Shown: positions 10,024-20,445 of the stretch, piece after piece
How positions within the stretch are numbered: position 1 is the first letter of the stretch
Layout of the letters: each line of letters begins with the position of its first letter
Source of the DNA: an uncultured Methanomassiliicoccales archaeon
Lineage (GTDB): Archaea; Thermoplasmatota; Thermoplasmata; Methanomassiliicoccales; UBA472
Assembly: GCA_963695345.1 (NCBI GenBank)
Contig: OY968769.1
Location: 768,001-832,000, forward strand
Direction: 5' to 3'
DNA length: 64,000 bases
Notes under the pieces: model-generated
Told to the model about the DNA's origin: nothing
The model's input: the letters and a program-made list of their open reading frames with translations, nothing else
Database searches by the model: none
Made by a program: the position numbers and the translations under genes

Positions 10024-13000
10024 TCAAAATGTAAAAAGATGAAATGGAACGGGTTTGGGGGGCCGGAACACCATCATTCCCTTCCCGGTCATCTCCGGAG
10101 GCCCGTTCGCCGGTCCCTCGTCCTGGGGCTGAGGCCCGGTCAGCGCCGGCGGGTTCCTTCTCCTGCGGACCAGCTTGACCAGGCCCACCAGGACGACCGA
10201 GATGGCCACAATGGCCCCCATGAACAGCAGGCCGTCGCTGGTGCCCGCCGGAGATACCTCCGCGTTGACCGTGAGGATCCCGGCCTGGATCGCGGCCATG
10301 GTCATGGACACCGGCGTGCTCTTGGATTGGTGACCGGGCTCGGTGACCTCCAGGGTGTAGTTTCCGACGACCACGTCGTAGAACGCGTAGGCCCCGTTTA
10401 TGTCCGTCGTCGTCACCATCACCTTGCCGACGCCGGAGGACGCCGCCAGCGAATACTGGCCCAGCACCGTCTGGGCGGCGGTCGACCCCCCGATGAGCTT
10501 CACGACGGCGTTGGCCACCGCCTTGCCGTCATAGCTCCGGACCACTCCGGATATGGTGCCCCAGGGAGCGGTCCGGAAGGTCCAGGTCTTGTTGACGGCG
10601 TTCCCGGCCAGGTCATGCCCTTTCACCGAGACCGTGTAGTAGGTCCAGCCCTTGAGCGCCTTGACCGGGGTGAACGACGCGCTGTCCTCGTCCCATATCA
10701 CCGTTCCATTGACCCCGGCCACCATTATGAGGGTGGACGCCCGGTCCATCTCCTCGTTGAAGGTGATGTTTACGCCCACCCGGGTGGACTCGGCGTTTCC
10801 CCCGGGAGAGGTCATGAGGATGGTCGGTGACACCGTATCGACCGTGAACGGGATGACCGCGGTCACGACGTTCCCGGCGTTGTCGGTGGCCCGGATGTAG
10901 AATTTGTAGGTGCCGTCCCGGTAGGTGGCGGTCCTGCCCGCCACCGTCTGCTCCATCCATATGGAACCGTCGGTGCTGACCTCGGTAAGGAACACCCCGG
11001 AGCCGTTATCGCTCACCATCCAGCTGAACGTGACGTTCAGGCTGTTGACATGGCCGCCGGACTTCGGCGTCTTCATGGTCACCACCGGCTTGGAGAGGTC
11101 GACGACGATCGGGACCGACCGGGTGAGCACATTGTTCACCGCGTCGGTGGCCCGGACGTAGAGGGTGTGGGGGCCTTCCGCCAGCCCGCTCATCAGGTAG
11201 CTCGTCCCGGTGACCGGGGTCCACGGGTAAAGCTCGCTGCTGACCTCCACCTTCACCACCGCCGAGCTGAAATCGGTGACGTTCCACACCAGCCATACGC
11301 TGCCGGTGTTGTTGAAGGAATTGGTGATGGGCGAGATTATCTCCAGGATCAGGCTGTTGGCCCCGGCCATCGGGGTCACCACTATGGCGGCCGGGCTCGG
11401 CCCGTTGCCGATCGCGTTGTGGGCCGCCACGGTGAAGGAGTACGCCTGCCCGTTCGTCAGACCGGTGATGGTGGCGTAAATGGCGGTAACCGACTTCACT
11501 TCCACCCCATCCTGGAACACCACGTACCGGTCTATCATCAGTCCCCCGTCGGAAGGCGCGTTCCAGCTGAGGCTCACCATGGTGTCCCCCTGCAATGCGC
11601 TGAGACCGGTTATCTCGCCGGGCGCCCTGTGCAATGTCCAGAAGGCGGTCTCGGTGATGGGACCGTTGACGGTCACGGCGTCGATGGCCGGGTTGTCCAC
11701 CCCGTTATAGGCCTGCATGCCCGTTCCGGTCCAGCCGACGAAGGTGTATTGCTCGGTCGTTCCGGCGGCGGGCGCAGTAGCGGTAAGCGTGATCATGGAA
11801 CCGGCATCGAACCAGTTGACCCCCGGCAGCGGGGAGGTGGTGCCGAAGTTGGTCACCATGGTGACCTGGTACTGAAGGTTCCACCTCGCCGTCTCGGTGA
11901 TGGGCCCATACATCACTATGGCGACCGCGGTCATGGCGCTCACCCCGGTGTAGTTCCCGGAGCCGGTCCCGGTCCAGCCGGCCCACTGGTAGCGCTCGTC
12001 GGCGCTGTTCGCCGCAGGCGCGGCCGCGTCGATGATGATGGTCGTGCCGGCGCTCTGCCACAGGCCTGTTTCACTGACCTCCGGGTTGGTGGTGCCCAGG
12101 TTGGTGGCCATGGTCAGGAGGAACTGGTGATCGAAGTTGGCGATGACGGTCGCGTTCAGGGAGGTCACCGTATAGGTGTGGGACCGGGGCCCGAGGTCAT
12201 TCCAGGAAGTGAACTGGTACCGCTCGCCGGCAACGCCGGCGACCGATGATATGGCCTCGATGGTGTGCACCGTTCCGGACGCCCACCGGAAGCCCATCGG
12301 GGTCACCACCGGGTTTCCGTCCACCAGGACATAGCCGGAGCCGGTCGGATTGGAGGTGACGGTTATGCCGAGGATCAGTACGAAGTTCGCAGTGATGGTT
12401 CCGGTGCCGTTGATGTTCACGGTGGTCGTTGCGGTCTGGGAATCGAAGGTTATGGCCGCCGTGCCGCTGGTCCAGGAGGAGAACATGTAGTCGGTGGCAT
12501 TGAACGCCTGGATCGAAAGCCGCCCAGCGTTGACCCATTGGCTGACGCCGGACGGACTGACGGTGCCGCCGCCCGCCGGTGTCACGCCGAACGATATCTG
12601 GTATTGCCGGGTCCATTGGGCCGTCTCGGTGATCGGGCCGCCCACCGTCACCGCGTTCACGGCTTGCTGGCTGGTACCGGTATAGCTGCCGGTCCCGGTC
12701 CCCGTCCATCCGTTCCAGACGTATCTGTATCCAGTACCGGCCGGGGGAGCGACGGCGTCAAGCGAGACGACGGTGCTGGCATTGACCCATCGGGTACCGG
12801 CGACCGGCGTGGTGGTGCCGCCGCTGGTGGCCATGGTGAGATGGTATTGGTGATTGAAGTTGGCGATGACCGTCTCGGCCTCGATGGTCACCGTATAGGC
12901 GTGGGAGATCGGGCCTCCGTCGCTCCACGAGGAGAACGAATACCTTTCCCCGTTCACCACTGGTATCTCGGAAACCGCCGCCAGGTTGTGGATCTGTCCC

Positions 13001-15291
13001 GGGTACCAGATGAAGGTGGTGGGCGTGGCGGTCGCGTTTCCGTCCACCAGGACGTATCCCGACCCGGAGGGGCTGGATTCGATCCTGATGGGGACCGGCC
13101 TCGCCTCGAAGATGGCGGTGATGGTGCCCGGCCCTTCCACCATGACCTGGGTGGAGGCGTCCGTCTCCGCGCTGAAAGTGATCGAGGTCGAGTTGCTCGA
13201 CCATGATGAGAACAAGTAGCCGTTCGATGGGGTCGCCTGGATCGTCACGAGCGACCCCGCGTCATACCAATGAGGACCGGTGCCGAGATTGGTGGCGCCG
13301 ATGGCCGGTGTCGCGTCCGGACTGATCGCCAGCGTGACCAGGTACCGTTTTGTCCATCCGCCGGCCTCGGTGATGGGACCGTTGACGGTTATGGTGTGAG
13401 CTATGTCGCTTCCGGAATAGCTACCGATCCCGGTCCCCGACCAGCCTTCCCAGACGAACAGGACCCCGTACAGAACATTGTTGCCGGGGGCCGGCGGATT
13501 GGCGTCGATGGTGATGATGGAACCCGCCTCGTACCAATGCGATCCCGCCGTCGGCGTGGTGTCCCCGCTGTCGGCGGATATCGTGACCAGGTACTGATGG
13601 TCGAAGGTGGCGGTGATGGTGGCCGGGGCCATCGTCACGGTGTAGGAATGGGACAGCGCCCCGCCATCGCTCCAGGAGATGAAGGACAGCTTCTCGCTGG
13701 TCCCGATGTTGATGGCCGATACCGCCTCCAGGGTGTGGACCGTATTGGGAAGCCAGGAGTACGTGCCGGGGGTGACCATGGGGCTCCCGTCGACCAGGAC
13801 GTATCCGGACCCGGTTGGGCTGGAGGTGATCAGGACCTCGACCGGCATCAGAACGAATGCCGCGGTGATCTTCCCCGGACCGTTTATGGTCGCCACCGCG
13901 GAGGCCGAATTGGCACTGAAGGTGATCGAAGCGGTATCGCTGGTCCAGGACGAGAAGGCATATCCAGGCGACGGTGTGGCCAGGATCGGGAGGTTCCCGG
14001 CCTCATACCAAGCGGTGCCCGCCGCCGGAGAGATCGACCCTCCTCCATCTGAGGTGATCTCGAAGGTGACCTGGCAAAGGTGGGTCCAGTTCGCCGTCTC
14101 GGTGATGTCCCCGCCGATCGTAATGGTGTGCGTCTGCTCGGACCCGGTGTACGCTCCCGGACCCGACCCGGTCCATCCGTTCCAGACATATTGTTCACCA
14201 GCCCTCGCCGGCGGAGGGGTGGCCGATAAGGTGACCGACGCTCCCAGCTCGAAGGTCCCGCCGACGGACGTTGTGCCGTAGTTGGTGTGCATCTCAAGAT
14301 CGCACAGGACGACCGTGGTTATGCCCAGCCAGGTCGGATAACCGAACCCGGTGGCGCCATAATGATAATAGATCTTCAGACCGGCATGGTTGGTTATCGG
14401 AGAGACCCCGAGCGTCGGCTGGTTGCCCAGGAACTCCATCCGGACCAGTGAACCGGTCCCCTGGAAAGCCCGGTCCCCGATCGCGGTGACGCTGCTCGGA
14501 ATGATGACGCTCTGCAATCTGTTGCAGCCATAGAACGAATAGGCCCGGATGGTGGTGACCCCGTTCGGGATAGTAATGTCTCCGGTCTTGCCGCCGGGAT
14601 ACTGGACCAACGCGGTCATGGCATGATTGTAAAGAACGCCGTCGAGGCTGGCATAGTTCGAGTTGCCCGCGTTCACGTCAATATCGGTCAGGACGGAATC
14701 CAGCTGGAACGCCCCGGTCCCGATGCTGGTAACGCTGGCGGGGATCGTTATCGACTGCAGGGAGGTGCAGGAGGCGAAGGCGTAGGTGCCTATCGACTGG
14801 AGGCTGCTCGGGTTCTCGAACGTGAGGGGGTTCAGGTTCCCGCATCCCTCGAATGCGCTGTTGCCGATCGAGATGACCCCGTTCGGGATCGTTACGACAT
14901 TCAGACCGGTGCAACCGGCGAAGGCCGAGTTCCCGATCAGCTGAAGGGTTCCGGGGAGATTGATGGTCGCATGACAGTTCTCAAAGGCGTTGTCCCCGAT
15001 GGAGGTCACGCCCTCGGGCAATAGAACGAGGGTATGGTCGGTGCTGGCGAAGGCCGAGTCCCCTATCGATACCACCTGGAAGCCGTCAATGTTCGATGGG
15101 ATGATCAGCGCTGATTCTGCCCCATAATACTTGGTGATCTCCACCCCACCGGCGACGAACCTATACTCGTAATCACCATCCATGGAGAGAACTGCCGCTG
15201 CCGGAGTGGTGGCCACCATGACCAATGCCCCCAGCATCAGCATCAATGCGACCGCGAAAGTGATGAAGTTGACACGAGACCTCAGGAACAT
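10024..15291 (-). CDS. 1755-aa surface protein: BspA-type LRR, InlB-B-like repeats, FN3, Ig-like and carboxypeptidase-regulatory-like domains, C-terminal membrane anchor
   Basis: Signal peptide; IPxxVTSIGxxAF repeats; FN3 motif LSWNAPSDGG...YSFTVAAHN; C-terminal hydrophobic helix followed by VRRRR. Confidence 0.92.
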   Translation of the reverse strand: MFLRSRVNFITFAVALMLMLGALVMVATTPAAAVLSMDGDYEYRFVAGGVEITKYYGAESALIIPSNIDGFQVVSIGDSAFASTDHTLVLLPEGVTSIGDNAFENCHATINLPGTLQLIGNSAFAGCTGLNVVTIPNGVISIGNSAFEGCGNLNPLTFENPSSLQSIGTYAFASCTSLQSITIPASVTSIGTGAFQLDSVLTDIDVNAGNSNYASLDGVLYNHAMTALVQYPGGKTGDITIPNGVTTIRAYSFYGCNRLQSVIIPSSVTAIGDRAFQGTGSLVRMEFLGNQPTLGVSPITNHAGLKIYYHYGATGFGYPTWLGITTVVLCDLEMHTNYGTTSVGGTFELGASVTLSATPPPARAGEQYVWNGWTGSGPGAYTGSEQTHTITIGGDITETANWTHLCQVTFEITSDGGGSISPAAGTAWYEAGNLPILATPSPGYAFSSWTSDTASITFSANSASAVATINGPGKITAAFVLMPVEVLITSSPTGSGYVLVDGSPMVTPGTYSWLPNTVHTLEAVSAINIGTSEKLSFISWSDGGALSHSYTVTMAPATITATFDHQYLVTISADSGDTTPTAGSHWYEAGSIITIDANPPAPGNNVLYGVLFVWEGWSGTGIGSYSGSDIAHTITVNGPITEAGGWTKRYLVTLAISPDATPAIGATNLGTGPHWYDAGSLVTIQATPSNGYLFSSWSSNSTSITFSAETDASTQVMVEGPGTITAIFEARPVPIRIESSPSGSGYVLVDGNATATPTTFIWYPGQIHNLAAVSEIPVVNGERYSFSSWSDGGPISHAYTVTIEAETVIANFNHQYHLTMATSGGTTTPVAGTRWVNASTVVSLDAVAPPAGTGYRYVWNGWTGTGTGSYTGTSQQAVNAVTVGGPITETAQWTRQYQISFGVTPAGGGTVSPSGVSQWVNAGRLSIQAFNATDYMFSSWTSGTAAITFDSQTATTTVNINGTGTITANFVLILGITVTSNPTGSGYVLVDGNPVVTPMGFRWASGTVHTIEAISSVAGVAGERYQFTSWNDLGPRSHTYTVTSLNATVIANFDHQFLLTMATNLGTTNPEVSETGLWQSAGTTIIIDAAAPAANSADERYQWAGWTGTGSGNYTGVSAMTAVAIVMYGPITETARWNLQYQVTMVTNFGTTSPLPGVNWFDAGSMITLTATAPAAGTTEQYTFVGWTGTGMQAYNGVDNPAIDAVTVNGPITETAFWTLHRAPGEITGLSALQGDTMVSLSWNAPSDGGLMIDRYVVFQDGVEVKSVTAIYATITGLTNGQAYSFTVAAHNAIGNGPSPAAIVVTPMAGANSLILEIISPITNSFNNTGSVWLVWNVTDFSSAVVKVEVSSELYPWTPVTGTSYLMSGLAEGPHTLYVRATDAVNNVLTRSVPIVVDLSKPVVTMKTPKSGGHVNSLNVTFSWMVSDNGSGVFLTEVSTDGSIWMEQTVAGRTATYRDGTYKFYIRATDNAGNVVTAVIPFTVDTVSPTILMTSPGGNAESTRVGVNITFNEEMDRASTLIMVAGVNGTVIWDEDSASFTPVKALKGWTYYTVSVKGHDLAGNAVNKTWTFRTAPWGTISGVVRSYDGKAVANAVVKLIGGSTAAQTVLGQYSLAASSGVGKVMVTTTDINGAYAFYDVVVGNYTLEVTEPGHQSKSTPVSMTMAAIQAGILTVNAEVSPAGTSDGLLFMGAIVAISVVLVGLVKLVRRRRNPPALTGPQPQDEGPANGPPEMTGKGMMVFRPPKPVPFHLFTF

Positions 15292-15616
15292 TGAACCCGC
15301 CCCGAACTATATGTCCCCTAAGCATAGGACTAATTATTATGTTTGGGGGGCAACCCAATATTATTCCCGAAATGGTGGGATTTGGCGAGACCATGTCCGA
15401 GGTTTCGTCGATCTGGCATGGCTGTGTTTAAAGCGTTCCCGGAACGTCTGCCGGTGGATCGACGCGTTGATTTCGTCAAGGCATATCCATATCCATTCTT
15501 CCCTTCTGGATTGATTGATCGCGAAATATCGTTCGGTCCACGGCAGTCCCGTAAGACTGTCCCAACTCGAATCGCCACCGGCATTCCCTCCACTCGGACT
15601 CCGGTCGGTCATCAGC

Positions 15617-15861
15617 TCATCTCGTTCGTATGATCTGTAGCGATATCATGTCCTCTATCCGGTCGCCCATGTACTTCGCCGAGTCGCCGACCCCTTGGTT
15701 ATAGAACTCCGGCGCCAGTTTCTCAACGATGAAGTCCAGCAACAGACCGGCGCCGAGATCGCCTATCTCTTCCCCCTTTCCGTCCTGAAGTACCTTTTAA
15801 TCGAGGAGACCATATCGATCCGCTGCTCCTTGGTCAATCTGATCCTTTCAATGCCGCCCAT
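15617..15861 (-). CDS. DUF2164-family small protein; frameshifted and absent from the ORF track
   Basis: Manual translation: MGGIERIRLTKEQRIDMVSSIKRYFRTERG/EEIGDLGAGLLLDFIVEKLAPEFYNQGVGDSAKYMGDRIEDM. One G is missing from a G5 run at ~15774; 245+1 nt gives 82 codons. Confidence 0.8.
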
Positions 15862-15987
15862 GCTCCCTCAACTCCGAGAACGGTAAGCCTGTTGCGGAAT
15901 TAAGAACTTGCATCGCCTGGCAGTCTGTAACTTACATCCGTTCGATCGCCTCACCGGTTTTAAATATCCCCGGCAGGACTTCATTTC

Positions 15988-16820
15988 ATGGTGATAGTGT
16001 CAAGGTCGTGGTAGTTTCCGACGTCCACCTGGGGAGCGAGGACAGCCAAAAGGAGTCCTTCGACTCGTTCCTGGCCTCCCTTCGCGAAGACCAGGACCTT
16101 ACCGATCTGGTGCTCCTAGGCGATATCGTGGAGATGTGGCACCGGGACGCTTCCGGGGTGTTCCTGGAGAACATGGACACCATGGGATTGCTCAAGGACC
16201 TGCAGCGGAGGATCAACGTCCATTGGGTGGCTGGCAACCACGACTATCACCTGCTCAAGCTGAAGAACCGGGCACCCCACTATCATTACCCGTTCGAGTT
16301 CCACGAGACGCTGGAGCTGGTGGACGGCGACCACACCTACCACTTCATGCATGGCTATGAGTTCGAGTATGGGAGCGAGACCAGGTTCATCAGGCCGATC
16401 CTGGAGATACTGTGCCATGTCATGTCCGATTCCGATGGTGTCCCCCGGGACGATGTGTGGAGCAACCTTGCCAAGAAGATGAGCGCCCTGCAGACCTCGG
16501 TCACCACCGAACGAGGGGAGGAGGGGAAGCTCAAGGTGACCACCGGAAGCATCAGCGAGAGCCCCGGGAAAAGGCTCAAGAACCGGGTCGAGGGAATAGA
16601 GAGACTGGCCTACGCCGAGGTCCGGGGAAGGCCGGGCCATGTGCTGATCTTCGGCCACACCCACGATCCGTTCATCAGTCAGGACGGGGACCTGGTGAAC
16701 ACTGGGTCGTGGGTCGCGGAGGGAGATCCCCACAATACCTATGTCGTCCTGCAGGAGGGCAGGCCGAGATTGTTCATCTACAACGGCGGGGAGATCCTGG
16801 AACGGAAGACCATGGGTTGA
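15988..16820 (+). CDS. Calcineurin-like metallophosphoesterase (LpxH/UDP-2,3-diacylglucosamine hydrolase-like)
   Basis: SDVH, LGD, GNHD, HG and FGHTH motifs. TTTAAATA at ~15958. The ATG at 15988 joins the ORF with one added base; otherwise the start is GTG at 16008. Confidence 0.85.
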
Positions 16821-16929
16821 CCCTAAGGCTAAGAGGATGCGGTCCCTCCATGCCATCGTCGACAGCATTTAGGCCAGCGCAGTATTTTAATGAACCCGCC
16901 GCATATCCGGCCGGAGAGAGCTGATTCGA

Positions 16930-17598
16930 ATGGAGACCATCGAGGAGTGCGTGAGGAGACTGCTCAAGACGGATAACGACGGTGAAGAGCTGGCACTGGC
17001 CTTGACCTCCAAGTCCGGGAGCGCCATGGGCAATGAACGGCTCGAGTTCCTGGGCAATGCCGTGCTGAACATGCGCCTGGCCGAGGCGATCTACGGTATG
17101 GAACCACAGTTCGCCCCGGGGAAGATGTCCCTGATGTGCAATTATCTGAGAAGCAACCCGGTCCTGGTCCTCGTTGGCAGGGAGGGAGGGCTGGCGATAT
17201 CGCTTGCCCGGCACCACCGTGAGGAAGGCGGGAAGGTCACCGACAAAATGGTCTCCACTGCGTTCGAAGCGATCGTCGGTACGCTGTACGAGAATGCCGG
17301 TTACGAGGCGGCAAGCGAGTTCATCAGCCATTTCCTGCTTACGGAAGAGCTCATTACCAGCTCGGAGAAAGGCAAGGGAGCCATCACCGACCTTAAGGAG
17401 CTCAAGGACCGGAAACCAAGCGAAGTGGTCGTCCACCACAGCTTCTCCGAGAGTTCTGCGGATGGGGAACTGGTCTTCTGTCACACGACCACGATAAACG
17501 GGAAGACGGTGACCGGCGAGGGCAGGACCAAGAAAATGGCCGAGACCAAGGCGGCGGCCAAGGCACTCGAAGCGGCTATGGCCATGGGGCTGCTGTAG
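16930..17598 (+). CDS. rnc: Ribonuclease III family protein with dsRBD and substituted catalytic residues
   Basis: NERLEFLGNAVL signature, AFEAIVG, and C-terminal dsRBD motif GEGRTKKMAETKAA. Confidence 0.85.
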   Translation: METIEECVRRLLKTDNDGEELALALTSKSGSAMGNERLEFLGNAVLNMRLAEAIYGMEPQFAPGKMSLMCNYLRSNPVLVLVGREGGLAISLARHHREEGGKVTDKMVSTAFEAIVGTLYENAGYEAASEFISHFLLTEELITSSEKGKGAITDLKELKDRKPSEVVVHHSFSESSADGELVFCHTTTINGKTVTGEGRTKKMAETKAAAKALEAAMAMGLL

Positions 17599-17679
17599 AG
17601 GTCCAAGACTGCGATAGACTAAGAAGAAGGCCATTTCTGAATCCGATCGAACCCCTTTAAAGAACCATGCACCAAACGT

Positions 17680-19401
17680 TCAGGGAGCAACGGCATTGCG
17701 CCATTTCCCTTCGGGCACGGTGAGCACGAACCTCGCCCCCTGTCCCGGCTCCCCCTCCTCGCGGATGGTGATACCGGTAATTGACAGCACCTCACGGGAG
17801 AAGAAGAGACCCATGCCGGTGTTCTTTCCGAAACCCCGGTCGAAGACACGTTCCTTGTCCTTGAGATCGATCCCGACACCGTCGTCCTGGACCGTGATCA
17901 GCAGCGAACCATTCTCCACCTTCGAGGAGAAACTGATACGGGATGTCGTTTGGCCATGCCTCATGGCGTTGTCGACGAGGTTGTGGAACACCTTTTCGAC
18001 GAGCGGGTCTGTGAGTATCTCCACGGCCGGCATCTGATCCTGAAGTTCGGGCCCGCTCGTGCCCATGCCCTCAACGCCCTTGCGAACCAGGGATGGCAGG
18101 TTTTCCCATCTGGGCGCGGTCATCCCGATGTCCTGATAGTCCTTGGTGAAAGCGATCATGTTCTCGATGTTGATGGCCGCCTCCATGGCGCGGGCCTGCA
18201 TCGATAGGGCCGAAACCAGGCCATTGGCGTTCTTGGCCAGCTCCAGATTTCCCCGCAGGACCATCAGCTGGTTGATGATGTCGTGCCGGGTGATCCCGGT
18301 CATGAGCTGAAGCTTGCGGTTGGCCTCGGCCAATGCCGTCTCTGCGTCGACCTTGGCGGTCTGATCGTGGAGCGTGCCCATGCTTGCCGGAGCGCCCTGG
18401 AAGAAGATGCGCGAGACGCTCAGGTCGACAAGTGCCTCCTTTGAACCGTCCTTGCGCAGCAACCTGACCCGTTCCAGCGCGCCGTCCTTGCCTTTGATCA
18501 GGGTCTTGGCCATAGCCTCCACACGCCCTCGGTCCTGAGGAGATATGAATTCCATTATCGGCCGGGTAAGCATGGTCTCCGGCGTGAATCCCAATATCCT
18601 CTCTATCGATGGGCTCATGAAGACGAACTTGCCATCCTGGATGATGAAGACCGCATCCTGACTGTTCTCGATGAGGATGCGATACTTTTCTGCCGACTCC
18701 TTTAGCGCCAGTGCCGCCTCGGACAGCCTGCGGTTCTCTTCCCTGCGTCTCATATGGAGAACGAAGAATATCGCCACCAACGTGGTGATCAGGATCGCGG
18801 CCAGGCCAGGTACCAATCCTGATTCGATTATCTGTTCGGTCCAATCCCGTGCATCCACATCTATGCCCAGGACCGCTACCACGAGGCCTGTTTCCGGGTC
18901 CTTGATGGGAACCATGCCGCTGACCCAGGTCCCCCACTGATCGATGAGGGGTCCGCCAGTCCCTTCCTTGCCCAAGAACGCGTTGTCAATCGTCACCGAG
19001 GTTATCTCATAGACTTGGCCAGGAGGAGAATTGTCTGGGGATGTCGCCGGTTCCGAATCTACGTAGAAGAAAATCGTGCCATTGGAGTATAGTCCAATCA
19101 GGTACACGAAACGGGCCGATGGCATTGCCGCGCGATCCTCGGCCATCAAGATCTTGAGTTTCTGATAGTGCGGGGAGCTTAGGTCCTCCGGCGTGGCGGT
19201 CAACGCCTTGATGTCGCTCACGTTCACTCCGGCAGCCGCGATCTTGGAATCGGTCAACAGGTCAGCGCGCATGCTGGCATCCTTTCCCACCATGGTCCCA
19301 TAGGTGGCGACTGTCCCGATCATCAGAATTGCCAGGCAAACTGCCAGGATTATCCGTGAAAACCTATCCAACTCTCTGACCTCCATGGTTGGAACCGTCA
19401 C
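17680..19401 (-). CDS. Membrane-bound PAS sensor histidine kinase
   Basis: Two TM helices flank an extracytoplasmic domain, followed by PAS, TRHDIINQL, NLVDNAMRHG, DDGVGI and GMGLF. Confidence 0.92.
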   Translation of the reverse strand: MTVPTMEVRELDRFSRIILAVCLAILMIGTVATYGTMVGKDASMRADLLTDSKIAAAGVNVSDIKALTATPEDLSSPHYQKLKILMAEDRAAMPSARFVYLIGLYSNGTIFFYVDSEPATSPDNSPPGQVYEITSVTIDNAFLGKEGTGGPLIDQWGTWVSGMVPIKDPETGLVVAVLGIDVDARDWTEQIIESGLVPGLAAILITTLVAIFFVLHMRRREENRRLSEAALALKESAEKYRILIENSQDAVFIIQDGKFVFMSPSIERILGFTPETMLTRPIMEFISPQDRGRVEAMAKTLIKGKDGALERVRLLRKDGSKEALVDLSVSRIFFQGAPASMGTLHDQTAKVDAETALAEANRKLQLMTGITRHDIINQLMVLRGNLELAKNANGLVSALSMQARAMEAAINIENMIAFTKDYQDIGMTAPRWENLPSLVRKGVEGMGTSGPELQDQMPAVEILTDPLVEKVFHNLVDNAMRHGQTTSRISFSSKVENGSLLITVQDDGVGIDLKDKERVFDRGFGKNTGMGLFFSREVLSITGITIREEGEPGQGARFVLTVPEGKWRNAVAP

Positions 19402-19752
19402 CCGACGTGGCGACCGCTAGAAGAATGACGTATCTTTTCACTGATCCCTTATAGGAATATCTCGCCATTGACTATCCTGTCCCATCCAGGACCACCATCG
19501 GACGCAAGACAGGCATTCGCGTTACGCCCGGCGGCTGAGATGGATGGGAACTATTTGAGGTAAATCCCAGGCCGCGAACAATATTTAGGGGGTCGCATCC
19601 CAGTATCAAGGAATGGAACGACCGGGAATTTTGGCTGGGAACAATGGTACAGTCGAGTCGGAGGTTCATATGCCCCCTAGGGCAGACCAGCTAATCGATC
19701 TGAACCGACCAAGTGTTCTTTGATGCTTCCAGCAGGATCAGCAGAGGAGACC

Positions 19753-20445
19753 TCACTTCTTGACGTCCATCTCGATCCTTCCATCCTTCACGCCGATTAT
19801 GCGGTCGGTCTGTTCCGCTATCCTCCGATCGTGTGTGACGATCATGAAGGTTGTTCCCAATGTTTCGTTGATGTATCGGAACCTGGAATAGATGTTAGCG
19901 GTCGATTCCGAGTCCAGGTTCCCTGTCGGCTCGTCTGCCAGCACGATCTTGGGCTGGTTAATCAACGCCCTCGCCACCGCCGTCCGCTGCTGCTGTCCGC
20001 CGGACATGTTGGTGGACAGGTTGTCTTTGACGCCGGATATGCCCACCAGCTCCATCAGCTCCACCGCCCTGGCGGTGTCCTTGTCGTCCGCCTTTCCTTT
20101 CCGGATTATGACCGGCAGTAGGACGTTCTCCAGCGCGGTGAACTCCGGCAGCAGGTAGTGGAATTGGAAAATGAAACCAATGGTCTCGTTGCGCAGTTTC
20201 GCCAGCTGGTTCTTCTTCATCTGGTCCGCCCTTACCCCATCGATCAGCACCTCGCCGGAGGTGGGCGTGTCCAGCGTGCCGAGGATGTTGAGGAGGGTGG
20301 TCTTTCCGCTCCCGGAGGCCCCGATGATCGAGTTGAAGCTGCCTTTCTCGACCTCCAGGTTTATGTCGAACAGAACCTGGGTCTTGATGTCCCCGGTGAC
20401 GTAGACCTTGTCCACGTGGCGTATCTCCAGGACCTTCTCAGCCAT
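19753..20445 (-). CDS. ABC transporter ATP-binding protein, LolD/MacB type
   Basis: GASGSGKT, GFIFQFHYL, MSGGQQQR, LADEPTGNLD and VTHD. Confidence 0.95.
   Translation of the reverse strand: MAEKVLEIRHVDKVYVTGDIKTQVLFDINLEVEKGSFNSIIGASGSGKTTLLNILGTLDTPTSGEVLIDGVRADQMKKNQLAKLRNETIGFIFQFHYLLPEFTALENVLLPVIIRKGKADDKDTARAVELMELVGISGVKDNLSTNMSGGQQQRTAVARALINQPKIVLADEPTGNLDSESTANIYSRFRYINETLGTTFMIVTHDRRIAEQTDRIIGVKDGRIEMDVKK

Noticed and set aside
122-14489. Many long plus-strand and alternate-frame ORFs (for example 1024-1926, 6283-7419, 11050-12249)
   Set aside because: They are shadow ORFs of GC-rich minus-strand genes and have no motifs of their own.
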